The notes under the pieces are model-generated. The model had not been told where the DNA came from, ran no database searches, and saw nothing but the letters and a program-made list of their open reading frames with translations. A program made the translations under genes and the position numbers. Shown here one piece after another: positions 19,417-27,982 of a DNA stretch of 64,000 nucleotides. Source of the DNA: an uncultured Gammaproteobacteria bacterium (GTDB lineage: Bacteria; Patescibacteriota; Patescibacteriia; UBA1558; 2-01-FULL-52-15). Position 1 is the stretch's first letter; every line of letters starts with the position of its first letter. The stretch lies in contig CAYOCJ010000002.1 of assembly GCA_964402565.1 (NCBI GenBank), positions 661 to 64,660 of the forward strand, in the 5' to 3' direction.

Positions 19417-20448
19417 TTATGCTAAACGCTTCTTGAAATAATCAACCCACGGAATTGCAGCTGGATTTTTTTTCGCGAGAATACCAGAGTAAAAGGTAAA
19501 AAATCCACTGAATGACAACATCTTCAAACACTGCGCCACACGAGATCCATTGAATGAAATAGTTTTAGTGTTGAAACCTTGCTTCTCTATTACCTGACGA
19601 GTAATAGCAAGTCGCTTCCGCGTACGAGGCGTATATTCCTTTGACTCAAGAAACAGGAATGTCCAGTGTTTTCGGGCTTCTCTCAAACTGCCTAAACCTT
19701 CAAGTAGATGATGATTCAATTCTGACAAGAAAAAGGCGGGCGCGAATGCTTTGGCAGTTTCATTTAGCTGATTACTTATAACATGAGCATTGCCAACTAG
19801 GTGCTCTGCGGCAATAATCACAAATGACTGTCCGAGGAGTTCTTCCGCGAAACGAAATGGTACTGCGGTATCGATCGTCATGTGCTTGGTCGCGGCGATC
19901 AGATCCGGCGCGCTCGCTGCTAACAAGCCTTCTTTCTTCAGCACCTCATACATTGCCGTCATAGTATACCCGGTACCGATGCGCGGCTGCTTGGAAGGAT
20001 TATTATCAGGATGAAAAGTAAAGTGCGGTATGCGGAATTTCTTTGCAGCGGTACTAAGCGCTCCACCTTCGGCGATCACAAAGGAAGGCAATTTTCGTTC
20101 ACGAGCTTCCGAAAGGCAAGAAATGATTTCCTCAGTAGTACCTGAATAGCTACATAATAGTACCAGGGTGTTTTTATCAGCAAAGTGAGGGAGCGAGTAT
20201 CCGTTCACAATGACGAAAGGAACTTTGAGATAATGTTTATAGAGTGATCGTAGCACATCCGCTCCTAAAGCCGAGCCACCCATAGCGCAGACAACGACTG
20301 CATTCCAGCGACGTTTTGGAAGACTCGTTTTTTTAGGAAAGTCGCGATGTGCCTGCAGTATCTGTTCTTTCAATAGCGCGACTGAAAGTCCCACTTGCGA
20401 TTTATCGAGGCGCCGAATAAGTAATTCAATGGATTGTTTTTTTTGCAT
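19417..20448 (-). CDS. Bifunctional phosphoglucose/phosphomannose isomerase (SIS-domain, archaeal-type PGI/PMI)
   Basis: 343 aa. VVCAMGGSALGADV...LLCSYSGTTEE is an SIS fold of the PGI/PMI family. Confidence 0.7.
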   Translation of the reverse strand: MQKKQSIELLIRRLDKSQVGLSVALLKEQILQAHRDFPKKTSLPKRRWNAVVVCAMGGSALGADVLRSLYKHYLKVPFVIVNGYSLPHFADKNTLVLLCSYSGTTEEIISCLSEARERKLPSFVIAEGGALSTAAKKFRIPHFTFHPDNNPSKQPRIGTGYTMTAMYEVLKKEGLLAASAPDLIAATKHMTIDTAVPFRFAEELLGQSFVIIAAEHLVGNAHVISNQLNETAKAFAPAFFLSELNHHLLEGLGSLREARKHWTFLFLESKEYTPRTRKRLAITRQVIEKQGFNTKTISFNGSRVAQCLKMLSFSGFFTFYSGILAKKNPAAIPWVDYFKKRLA

Positions 20449-20512
20449 GCACTAACTGTATAAAAAAAATGAAAGCACGTCAAACTTTCATCCGCGTCTC
20501 ACTATGAGAACC

Positions 20513-21367
20513 TTACCCCAGCCTCGGTCCTACATATTTCTTTACTGCAAAACCAAGGATGAGGAGTATCGGTATAGCTGCGACTACATACCATTGCGCT
20601 CCTGTGGGAGTACTACTAACCACGCCCTGGATCACCCGCTCCGGCGGCGTAGTTGTTGGCAGCGTAGAAGCTCCTACCGCAGCAGGCGCTTTTGCGAGGA
20701 CCGCAATATGTTTAAGATCGGGCGCATACAGCACCGGATCATTCGCTTCATACTTCAAAAAGCCGCTGACTCGAATGCGCGAGCCTTTGGCCATGCTTTT
20801 GGGAAATAGCTTACCGCTCTGCATCAGGCGAATAGCCACTTGAGCATCACCTTGAGCCATGAGCAATGACTTCTGAGCATAGTGGGTTATCTGACCTTCG
20901 ACTTGAATCAATGAAAAAGCGTTATCCGGACTTATCTCAGATACGCTCATCTGAGTACTGCTCGGCATCGCGCCGGATGCAAGGGTTTGTATATTCGCTT
21001 TTGAAACGATCTTCAAGCGAGATGGATCATAGTCAGAGGAGAGAATACCTGTTGCTTCGACCGAACTTCCGAATGACATTTTCGGGAATGTTCCTTTCGC
21101 ACTATACAGTTCGATGATTTCATCGCTGCCAACTTGTATATATGCTTTCTGCTTATACAATGTATGCGGGGGTACGATGACAATGCCCCGCACTGTCTGA
21201 GAAGGCGGCACATTGATGGTGCTCTTCTTAGCTCGATGCTGCATAGTGTCTGTCGAGGTGGGCGTCGTCGAAAGAGTCTGAGCCGCCGCCAGTAATGGCA
21301 GTAGTAAGCTGATCACGATATACCAACCAGATGCAATGATGTATTTTGAAAAAAAGTTAAAGCGCAT
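20513..21367 (-). CDS. Secreted protein with two internally repeated beta-rich modules and C-terminal TM anchor
   Basis: Signal peptide MRFNFFSKYIIASGWYIVISLLLPLLAAA. Repeats around YIQVGSDEIIELYSAKGTFPK and AQVAIRLMQSGKLFPK. C-terminal WYVVAAIPILLILGFAV. Confidence 0.4.
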   Translation of the reverse strand: MRFNFFSKYIIASGWYIVISLLLPLLAAAQTLSTTPTSTDTMQHRAKKSTINVPPSQTVRGIVIVPPHTLYKQKAYIQVGSDEIIELYSAKGTFPKMSFGSSVEATGILSSDYDPSRLKIVSKANIQTLASGAMPSSTQMSVSEISPDNAFSLIQVEGQITHYAQKSLLMAQGDAQVAIRLMQSGKLFPKSMAKGSRIRVSGFLKYEANDPVLYAPDLKHIAVLAKAPAAVGASTLPTTTPPERVIQGVVSSTPTGAQWYVVAAIPILLILGFAVKKYVGPRLG

Positions 21368-21443
21368 AGTACTAGTACAACCATGTGGAGCGACACGGAA
21401 ACAGGGCATTGTTTAAAACCGCATCGCTCCACGTTGGTTCACA

Positions 21444-21872
21444 TTAAACTTCCTCGACCACTAACTCCTTTTCACCAGGACCTTCTTTCACAAACGCTGC
21501 TTCTGATGAGGAAGATTTCTTTGAACTGCCGTTATGCCCGAGCATGATGAGCTCATCAGCGATGACATCGGTACCATAACGCTTCTTACCTTCTGTATCC
21601 TGCCACTCACGATACTGGAGCCTGCCTTCCAGATAGACACGTGAGGCCTTATCAAGGTAGGTCGAGGCAATATCCGCGAGCTTGCCCCAGACAATAACCC
21701 GATGGAACTGGGTTGTATCATGCTTCTCCTTCGTCTTATAATCCCTCCACATATAGTTGGTCGCGACACTGAAACTCGCGACCTTCTGCCCAGAAGCGGT
21801 TTCCCGAAGCTGGGGCTTTTTTGTCAGACGCCCAATGAGCGTGACTTTATTCACATCCATATCACTATTCAA
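21444..21872 (-). CDS. ssb: Single-stranded DNA-binding protein
   Basis: VNKVTLIGRLTKKPQLRETASGQKVASFSVATN...RVIVWGKLA OB-fold. Acidic C-terminal tail. Confidence 0.85.
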   Translation of the reverse strand: MNSDMDVNKVTLIGRLTKKPQLRETASGQKVASFSVATNYMWRDYKTKEKHDTTQFHRVIVWGKLADIASTYLDKASRVYLEGRLQYREWQDTEGKKRYGTDVIADELIMLGHNGSSKKSSSSEAAFVKEGPGEKELVVEEV

Positions 21873-21958
21873 TTACAGCGCTGCCACGGATCGTCACCCA
21901 TGACATCGCCACTAATTAGCAAAAAAATGATCGCACAAGCGATCACCCGTTGTAGTAG

Positions 21959-21988
21959 TTGACAATTCAAAAACTGCAGTGGTACTAT
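21959..21988 (+). promoter_or_regulatory. Candidate sigma-70 promoter (TTGACA-18-TACTAT)
   Basis: Consensus -35, near-consensus -10. Precedes a short hairpin-rich transcript that ends at the terminator-like hairpin at 22038-22065. Confidence 0.35.
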
Positions 21989-22037
21989 ATCGGTGATGCC
22001 GTTCCACCAAATGTACGGCATCGAAATCGCTTTTCGC

Positions 22038-22065
22038 CAAAAGTCCCTTCGGGGATTTTTGGTTT
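22038..22065 (+). terminator. Terminator-like hairpin with UUCG tetraloop
   Basis: caaaagtccc-ttcg-gggatttttgg, followed by TTT. Confidence 0.4.
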
Positions 22066-22384
22066 ATCCAACAGTAGCATATTCCGAGCCGAGACCCAGG
22101 AAGCATCCACTGAAGACGAACCATCCCGTGAGAACTGTTAGTCACTTTTTCTTAAGCTGTCGACTGCTGCGGACGGCATACTCATTCACTCAGACTATTC
22201 CACCAAAGAATATTCTTTTTTTCATATCAACGAGACACTTCGACGGCTTATTTTTCTCTCAAGGTACTTACTGACCTAAGTATCCTAACAAAGACTCGCT
22301 CACAGTTCAATATTTTTCTGCAAACAAAAACGCCCACCGTGCACACTACGCACGGCAGGCAACTGTTTTCGTTCAAGGCAGGCC

Positions 22385-22909
22385 TTACGACCGTCTTTCC
22401 ACCGCAACTCGCGAGAAACGATACTCGGCCTTCTTGCGCTCCTGCAGCACCCGCACTTCGTGACGAAGCAGCAGCGCGGGGTGCTCTCGCTTCAGGGAAT
22501 GCACATCGATGAAGTGCAGATGCGTGACCAGAATTTCGGCGAGCGTCTCGAACGGATTGTTTCCGCCGGGATGCTGGGCGATCACGGCGTCGATCAGAGG
22601 ATTGTCCGTGTCGATGCCGTCCAGGCTGAACTGCGTGAAAAGGATGAAGATCCCTTTCGGGTACTTCGCCTTGAAACGCTGAGCGAAGGCCGTGCCGGAA
22701 CCGCCGTCGAGCAGACGCTCACCGGCGATCATACAGACCTCCTGGTTGTTCGCAAAAAACGAGATCTCGCTCATCGCGATGCCGAACTCGTCGTAAGCGT
22801 CAGTGAGATTGGTGTGCAGACGCTCGTCCTTGCGACGAAGTTTAGCAGCCAAGGCTTCCTTGAGGTGACCGCGACTATCAGGGCGACTCAAAACGACGCA
22901 GTAATACAC
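22385..22909 (-). CDS. Hypothetical protein, possibly nucleoside 2-deoxyribosyltransferase-like fold; first gene of the GC-rich island
   Basis: 174 aa. YYCVVLSRPDSRG...LLDGGSGTAFAQRF...KGIFILF loosely resembles the NDT/Rcl family from memory. The expected catalytic Glu after GTAF is Ala. Confidence 0.25.
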   Translation of the reverse strand: MYYCVVLSRPDSRGHLKEALAAKLRRKDERLHTNLTDAYDEFGIAMSEISFFANNQEVCMIAGERLLDGGSGTAFAQRFKAKYPKGIFILFTQFSLDGIDTDNPLIDAVIAQHPGGNNPFETLAEILVTHLHFIDVHSLKREHPALLLRHEVRVLQERKKAEYRFSRVAVERRS

Positions 22910-23050
22910 GTTTCTTCTCCTATGCCTTGAAAGGAAACATTAAATGAACCCGCGCCCTACTCGCACTATGCGAGCAGAACAAACTAAACACCTACTATAC
23001 ATAATCTACTTTAAAAAGTCAAGTACCAGAAAATTTCAACCTACTCAGCA

Positions 23051-23080
23051 AAAGCAAAAAGGTTAGCCATAGCTAACCTT
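23051..23080 (-). terminator. Rho-independent terminator closing the minus-strand pyrF-PRTase-microORF unit
   Basis: aaggttagc-cata-gctaacctt. On the minus strand it is followed by TTTTTGCTTTT. Confidence 0.6.
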
Positions 23081-23141
23081 TGCCTCCTCCGCAGCCTCCT
23101 ATTCTGCGGTTTGTTATGAGTGAATGAGCGGCCGCGCTCGC

Positions 23142-23267
23142 TCAGCGGCGACCGGAGTGCGGCCAGTAGTTATGATAGCAGGCTTTGACTTTGCGGCCTT
23201 GCTTGAAGTACTGACCGCCCTTACGCGCGCGTCTTCGACGCCGGCGGGCATTTCGGCTACTTGCCAT
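23142..23267 (-). CDS. 41-aa arginine-rich micro-protein, translationally coupled to the upstream PRTase gene
   Basis: MASSRNARRRRRARKGGQYFKQGRKVKACYHNYWPHSGRR. AGGAG lies 7-8 nt upstream of the ATG. The start overlaps the PRTase stop by 11 nt. Below the ORF-track size cut-off. Confidence 0.45.
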   Translation of the reverse strand: MASSRNARRRRRRARKGGQYFKQGRKVKACYHNYWPHSGRR

Positions 23268-24027
23268 GGGGAGTCTCCTGACCCGATGCGTTCATCGCTG
23301 TCATGAGTCGTTCCCAGTCGACCTTCGGCTTCCACACGATGTTGCCATCCCTGACGTCTTCCCAGACCTCGAGATCCTTCTGCCTGAACTGCGGCGAAGG
23401 AATGTGGATGACGGATCGAACGGGCAGATGATCGCCCAGAGGCGCCGAGGGCGGATGGTAGCAACTCATCTCCGAACGATTCAAGGCGCAGCCGATGGCG
23501 CAAACGGTGGCGCCGGAGGCCTGAACGAGGTTGATTAGCTGCTCAGTCGTGGAGAAGTTGTTACAGACATCTTCGATGATGACGACTCGATCGTCGGGAT
23601 CGAGTTCATGCCGCGCGATGACGAGCGAAGATTGCTCTCGCTCCGATCCCGGAGCAAGAACTTTCTTCTCTGCGAAGACGACACGAACGTCTTCGAAGAA
23701 GTCACCAAGCGCGAACGCAAGGCCGATGCCACCCATCGGAGCGCCGAGAAAGACAGAGATGTCCCCCTCCTGCTCCAATTGCAGCATCAGAAGTTGAGCG
23801 AAACGACGCAATGGCCGAGGGTACTGTTCGACCGCGGCGAAGTTGAAGTATACTTCGCCGACATAGTGCTTGTTCAAGTCAAGATCGTCCTGGTAAGTCC
23901 CCGCGTAACCGACGAGCGGGCCGAGGCGCTTACCATCAGCGTCTTTCGGGCACTGGTAGAAGCCACCGGCCGCTTTCCAGAGTTCGATCGGGTCGATGTG
24001 TGGCGGAATGTCACGACGAATGGTCAT
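23257..24027 (-). CDS. Type-I phosphoribosyltransferase, probably orotate PRTase-like, with atypical PRPP-binding loop
   Basis: 256 aa. VVIIEDVCNNFSTTEQ replaces the usual V-x-DV-x-TTGGT/S. Sits downstream of pyrF in the same operon. Confidence 0.45.
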   Translation of the reverse strand: MTIRRDIPPHIDPIELWKAAGGFYQCPKDADGKRLGPLVGYAGTYQDDLDLNKHYVGEVYFNFAAVEQYPRPLRRFAQLLMLQLEQEGDISVFLGAPMGGIGLAFALGDFFEDVRVVFAEKKVLAPGSEREQSSLVIARHELDPDDRVVIIEDVCNNFSTTEQLINLVQASGATVCAIGCALNRSEMSCYHPPSAPLGDHLPVRSVIHIPSPQFRQKDLEVWEDVRDGNIVWKPKVDWERLMTAMNASGQETPHGK

Positions 24028-24073
24028 GGTCCCTCCTTAGGGCAGAAAAAGTATTGGTGTGGGAAGCACGGAT

Positions 24074-24850
24074 TCAGACAGCCTGCGCTGCTTCAATCTC
24101 GGCAGCGATGGCGATCGCTGCCGCAACAGGATCCGCTGCTCCGGTGATGGGTCGTCCGATCACCAGATGCGTTGCTCCCGCTTTGATAGCCATAGCCGGC
24201 GTGCCAACCCGCTTCTGATCGTCGAGCGAAGTGCCTGCGGGTCTGATACCCGGATTCACGATGCAGAAGTCATCGCCGCAACTGCCGCGCACCATCTCTG
24301 TTTCCTTCGGAGAACAAATCACCCCGTTGAGCCCGCAGTCTTTGGCAAGAACTGCCAGATGGTTCACGATGGCGCTGAGCTTGACCTCCGCTATCTCCTG
24401 CCGCTGTTGCGGGCCCTGCATCCGATCCAGCGAGTCGACGAAGCCCAGGCGCTGCAAGGTGCCGTAATCCTGACTCGTCAGAAGCGTGACACCGAGAACC
24501 AAGGAGTGACTTCCAGTCTCCTGTGCAACCTCGCGCGCTGCTTGCGCAGCCGCGCGCATCATCTCCTCGCCGCCCAAACAATGAACATTGAGCATCGCGA
24601 CCCTCTTCTGCGCGATGACCCGCACTGTCGCTGCGACCGTGTTCGGGATGTCATTCTCCTTACCATCCAGGAAGATGTCGCCGCCGGCAGCGTGAACGAA
24701 ATCGATCGCTTGCGGAAGGCCGAATGCGGCCTGCATCTCACGGCCGATCTTGAAGTAGCCCACATGCGACGCCAGAGATTTGATGAGCGAGGTCGCTCGC
24801 TTCGGGTTGTCAACATCCAATGCCACGATAATCCGGTGCTTTGCCAGCAT
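24074..24850 (-). CDS. pyrF: Orotidine-5'-phosphate decarboxylase
   Basis: IIVALDV...YFKIGREM...DGKENDIPNTV...VIGRPI match the OMPdecase signature regions. Confidence 0.8.
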   Translation of the reverse strand: MLAKHRIIVALDVDNPKRATSLIKSLASHVGYFKIGREMQAAFGLPQAIDFVHAAGGDIFLDGKENDIPNTVAATVRVIAQKRVAMLNVHCLGGEEMMRAAAQAAREVAQETGSHSLVLGVTLLTSQDYGTLQRLGFVDSLDRMQGPQQRQEIAEVKLSAIVNHLAVLAKDCGLNGVICSPKETEMVRGSCGDDFCIVNPGIRPAGTSLDDQKRVGTPAMAIKAGATHLVIGRPITGAADPVAAAIAIAAEIEAAQAV

Positions 24851-25065
24851 GCTATCTGTCTCCTTTAGTGCGACCTAGTAGTCGCGACGATGTTGTTCGG
24901 CCAAAGAAAATTATCAATTCACTCAGTTTTCGAAGAACATACAAGCCAGGCCTCCTGGTCTGACTCGTCTATCTGCATACTAGATGATGTACTATAAAAA
25001 ACAAGACGATTCAAAACCCCACCGAGTCGGCCGAGCCTATGCTCAGCAAACCCGATGGGGCGTCC

Positions 25066-25395
25066 TTACCTCTTGAAGCGTGTTCGCGTGATGGGAATCA
25101 TAGGCGACTCCCAGACGCGCTTAGCGCTAGCTAACTTCCAACTGCCGTTGAGCAGATGACGAACTTCGGCTGCCCGATAGAAACGAAGAGCGACCGCTCC
25201 CTCAGGAAACTGCATCGCTGCAGGATCCGTCGTCTCCGTTACCTGAGCCTCGCCACACCGAAGCTTGTCAGTAGATTCCCCTTCAGCTTCTTCTGCTTCA
25301 GGGAAAAAGTACTCAACGTAGTTGAGCTCACGTTGAGCAATGGTTGGCTCTGCTGAATCATCTGCGTTCAGATTACCACTTGGATCTCCTAGCAT
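25066..25395 (-). CDS. Hypothetical acidic protein
   Basis: 109 aa, no recognised motif. Island context. Confidence 0.3.
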   Translation of the reverse strand: MLGDPSGNLNADDSAEPTIAQRELNYVEYFFPEAEEAEGESTDKLRCGEAQVTETTDPAAMQFPEGAVALRFYRAAEVRHLLNGSWKLASAKRVWESPMIPITRTRFKR

Positions 25396-25420
25396 GACTA
25401 TCTCCTCTCTGTCAGCGTGG

Positions 25421-26698
25421 TTATGCTGCTACCTCGCCGATGTCCAGACGGTACTGCATACCGTCGAAGTGAATCAAGGCAACCGCGGCGTAGGCGCGCG
25501 CACGGGCTTCGGCAAGTGTTGCGCCGACTGCAGTGACGTTCAGCACGCGACCACCATTGGTCCAGTACACACCCTTCTCGAGTCGGGTACCCGCGTGAAA
25601 TATCTCCACGCCAGGCACCTTCATGGCTTCTCGCAAGCCACTGATCGGCATCGACGGATACTCTGAGGACGGGCAGAGAGCACCCGGCACGCCGTAGCCC
25701 GCCGAAGCCAGCACCACGCACACGGCAGGTTCAGCGTTCCAGTGCAATGGAGTGGTGTCCAGGTTGTCGTCAGCGCATGACTCGAGAAGTAGCAAAAGAT
25801 CGCTCTCATTTCCAAGTCTGCGCATGAACACCTGCGCCTCAGGGTCGCCGAAGCGACAGTTGTACTCGATCACCATGATCCCTTCGGCAGTTACCATGAG
25901 TCCCGGGTACAAACAACCATCGAATGGAGTGCCAGCTTTCGCGAGCATCCGAAGTAGCGGATCGATAGCGACCTGCCTGACCTGCGCCAAGAAGGCATCG
26001 TCGATGTCGGGTACCGGAGAGTAGGCACCCATACCGCCGGTATTCCTGCCGTTGAGCGTTTTGTAATCACGTGCCCCCTGAAACATGAGGACTCGATTTC
26101 CACTGCAGAGCGCATGGGTAGACACCTCATGCCCCACGAGGAAATCTTCGATCAGGATGGCCTCTCTCGGGTTCTTCTGATAGTACCCTGAGAGAACTGC
26201 GATGCCCGCCGAATAGGAATGCACGGGCGTAGCGCCGGTACCTCGAGCGAGGCGATCCAGCTTGATCACGCACGGGAATGAGCGTCGACCCAGAATGTCG
26301 AGCGCCTCACTCATCGAATAGGCAACCTCGAAGGCCGCCGTAGGTATGCCCAGACGTTGCATCTGGCGCTTGGCGAACACCTTCGAGGATTCGACGCGCG
26401 CGGCCGCCTGAGTAGGCCCGACAATCCGGAGCTTGGCCGCGCGAAATGCGTCCGCGATCCCCGCGGCGAACACCACATCCGGACCAGGGACCGTGAGCTC
26501 GATGTGATGCTTCTTCGCGAATGCGACGATCCCAAGGATATCGTCCTGGGCGATGCCGGTATTCAAAACGCCCATCTCATGCGCATTACCGATCCCGGGT
26601 GAGCAGAACAGCTTCTTCTTGTGCGGCGATCCGCTCAACTTATGCAACAGCGACCCTTCACGGCCGCCGCTGCCGACGACCATGACATTGCGGCTCAT
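25421..26698 (-). CDS. purD: Phosphoribosylamine--glycine ligase (PurD-type ATP-grasp), somewhat divergent
   Basis: VMVVGSGGREGSLLHKL...GRNTGGMGA...EYNCRFGDPEAQ. The canonical ADGLAAGKG block is replaced by LDRLARGTG. Confidence 0.7.
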   Translation of the reverse strand: MSRNVMVVGSGGREGSLLHKLSGSPHKKKLFCSPGIGNAHEMGVLNTGIAQDDILGIVAFAKKHHIELTVPGPDVVFAAGIADAFRAAKLRIVGPTQAAARVESSKVFAKRQMQRLGIPTAAFEVAYSMSEALDILGRRSFPCVIKLDRLARGTGATPVHSYSAGIAVLSGYYQKNPREAILIEDFLVGHEVSTHALCSGNRVLMFQGARDYKTLNGRNTGGMGAYSPVPDIDDAFLAQVRQVAIDPLLRMLAKAGTPFDGCLYPGLMVTAEGIMVIEYNCRFGDPEAQVFMRRLGNESDLLLLLESCADDNLDTTPLHWNAEPAVCVVLASAGYGVPGALCPSSEYPSMPISGLREAMKVPGVEIFHAGTRLEKGVYWTNGGRVLNVTAVGATLAEARARAYAAVALIHFDGMQYRLDIGEVAA

Positions 26699-26725
26699 GC
26701 GATCCTCCCGCTGACAGCACTGCTG

Positions 26726-27073
26726 TCAGACTGATGAAGACTCTTGAATGTCCACCAAGATGATGAACTTACGAAAGCCACCGTTTTCCTTCTTCTTGCG
26801 TCGACGTTCGGCGCCGAGAAACTTCTTGTCGAATTTTTTTTCGAATTCGATCCGGAGCAGCCGCACGACGTCGAGAACATCAGCGTATTCCTTAGCATCG
26901 GGATTGTCATGGAGCTCGCGCGCTTCCTCACAGAGCTTTGCCACCACAAAACCCAGACGCTCCTCCGGCAAGGCCTCCCGCGTCACCGGGATACGCTGAT
27001 CTCTACGTATCCTATCGGGGATCTTATCTCGGACGAGTTTCGGATGCATCACATCAGTCAGGTTGCGCTTCAT
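26726..27073 (-). CDS. MazG/HisE-like nucleoside-triphosphate pyrophosphohydrolase
   Basis: HPKLVRDKIPDRI... is the hallmark KLVRDKIP motif of the all-alpha NTP-PPase family. Confidence 0.6.
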   Translation of the reverse strand: MKRNLTDVMHPKLVRDKIPDRIRRDQRIPVTREALPEERLGFVVAKLCEEARELHDNPDAKEYADVLDVVRLLRIEFEKKFDKKFLGAERRRKKKENGGFRKFIILVDIQESSSV

Positions 27074-27219
27074 GGGTAACCCTTCTCTACGTAGTTACAC
27101 GTGTTAATGAACTTCGCCAAAAAATCAGAAAAGCGGGAGTATTCCCGCCCTCCTACTATTAGGCAACTGACAGCCCAACCTTACTGAAAATAGCCTTATA
27201 ACGCAAGGCGTCTCGAGTA

Positions 27220-27981
27220 TCAGCTCCTCAGCTTATAACCGATTTTAAAAAGATACAGAGTGAACCAGATCATGGCAACTGTCATGATGACCAGCACACT
27301 CACCGCGAACACAGGAGCAACATCAGAGATGCTATAGAAACCATAGCGCATGCCGTTGATCATATAGAGCAGCGGATTATACACCGCTATCATCTGCGCG
27401 AGCTTCGGCAGCATTGTCGTCGAATAAAAAACGCCACCCAAAAAGCTCAATGGCGTTAGGAGGAAGGTGGGGATGATGCTGAGCTTTTCAAAATCATCCG
27501 CCCAGATGCCGATCACCAGTCCTATCAAAGAAAAGATCAGACAGACTAAGATACAAAATCCGATGAGAAAGAACGGATGATCAACGCGGAATGGTATGAA
27601 AAATAATGCCGTGCCGTAGAGGATTGTTCCGGTGATCATGGTACGAATGGTCGATGAAGCCACGAAGCCTAAGATAATTTCGCCATAGGACATTGGACTT
27701 ACCAAAATATCCGTCATCGTATTCATGAATTTCGTGAGCATAATGCCTGACGCAATGCCCTCGAATGCCGTCATAACCAAGTTCATCATGAGCAGTCCCG
27801 GCATGATGAATTCTCCATATCTTAGACCCTGCACTGAACCAATACGACTACCGATCGATGTGCTGAACACCGCGAAATACAGCACCGTCGTAATGACCGG
27901 CGTGGCGATCGTTTGCAGCGGCACGCGGATGAAGCGCACCAGCTCTTTCTTCATGAGTGTCTTGACGCCAATGAGATTCAT
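27220..27981 (-). CDS. ABC-2 type transporter permease
   Basis: 253 aa, six TM helices, ABC-2 architecture. Immediately downstream of the ATPase gene (1-nt gap). Confidence 0.7.
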   Translation of the reverse strand: MNLIGVKTLMKKELVRFIRVPLQTIATPVITTVLYFAVFSTSIGSRIGSVQGLRYGEFIMPGLLMMNLVMTAFEGIASGIMLTKFMNTMTDILVSPMSYGEIILGFVASSTIRTMITGTILYGTALFFIPFRVDHPFFLIGFCILVCLIFSLIGLVIGIWADDFEKLSIIPTFLLTPLSFLGGVFYSTTMLPKLAQMIAVYNPLLYMINGMRYGFYSISDVAPVFAVSVLVIMTVAMIWFTLYLFKIGYKLRS

Positions 27982-27982
27982 C

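Noticed and set aside
23114-23503. 129-aa minus-strand ORF
   Set aside because: Out-of-frame overlap with the PRTase gene. There is no Shine-Dalgarno and the composition is that of a GC artefact. The real small gene here is the 41-aa coupled ORF.
24059-24868. 269-aa plus-strand ORF
   Set aside because: Antisense to pyrF, which has clear catalytic motifs. Long open antisense frames are expected at about 60 % GC.
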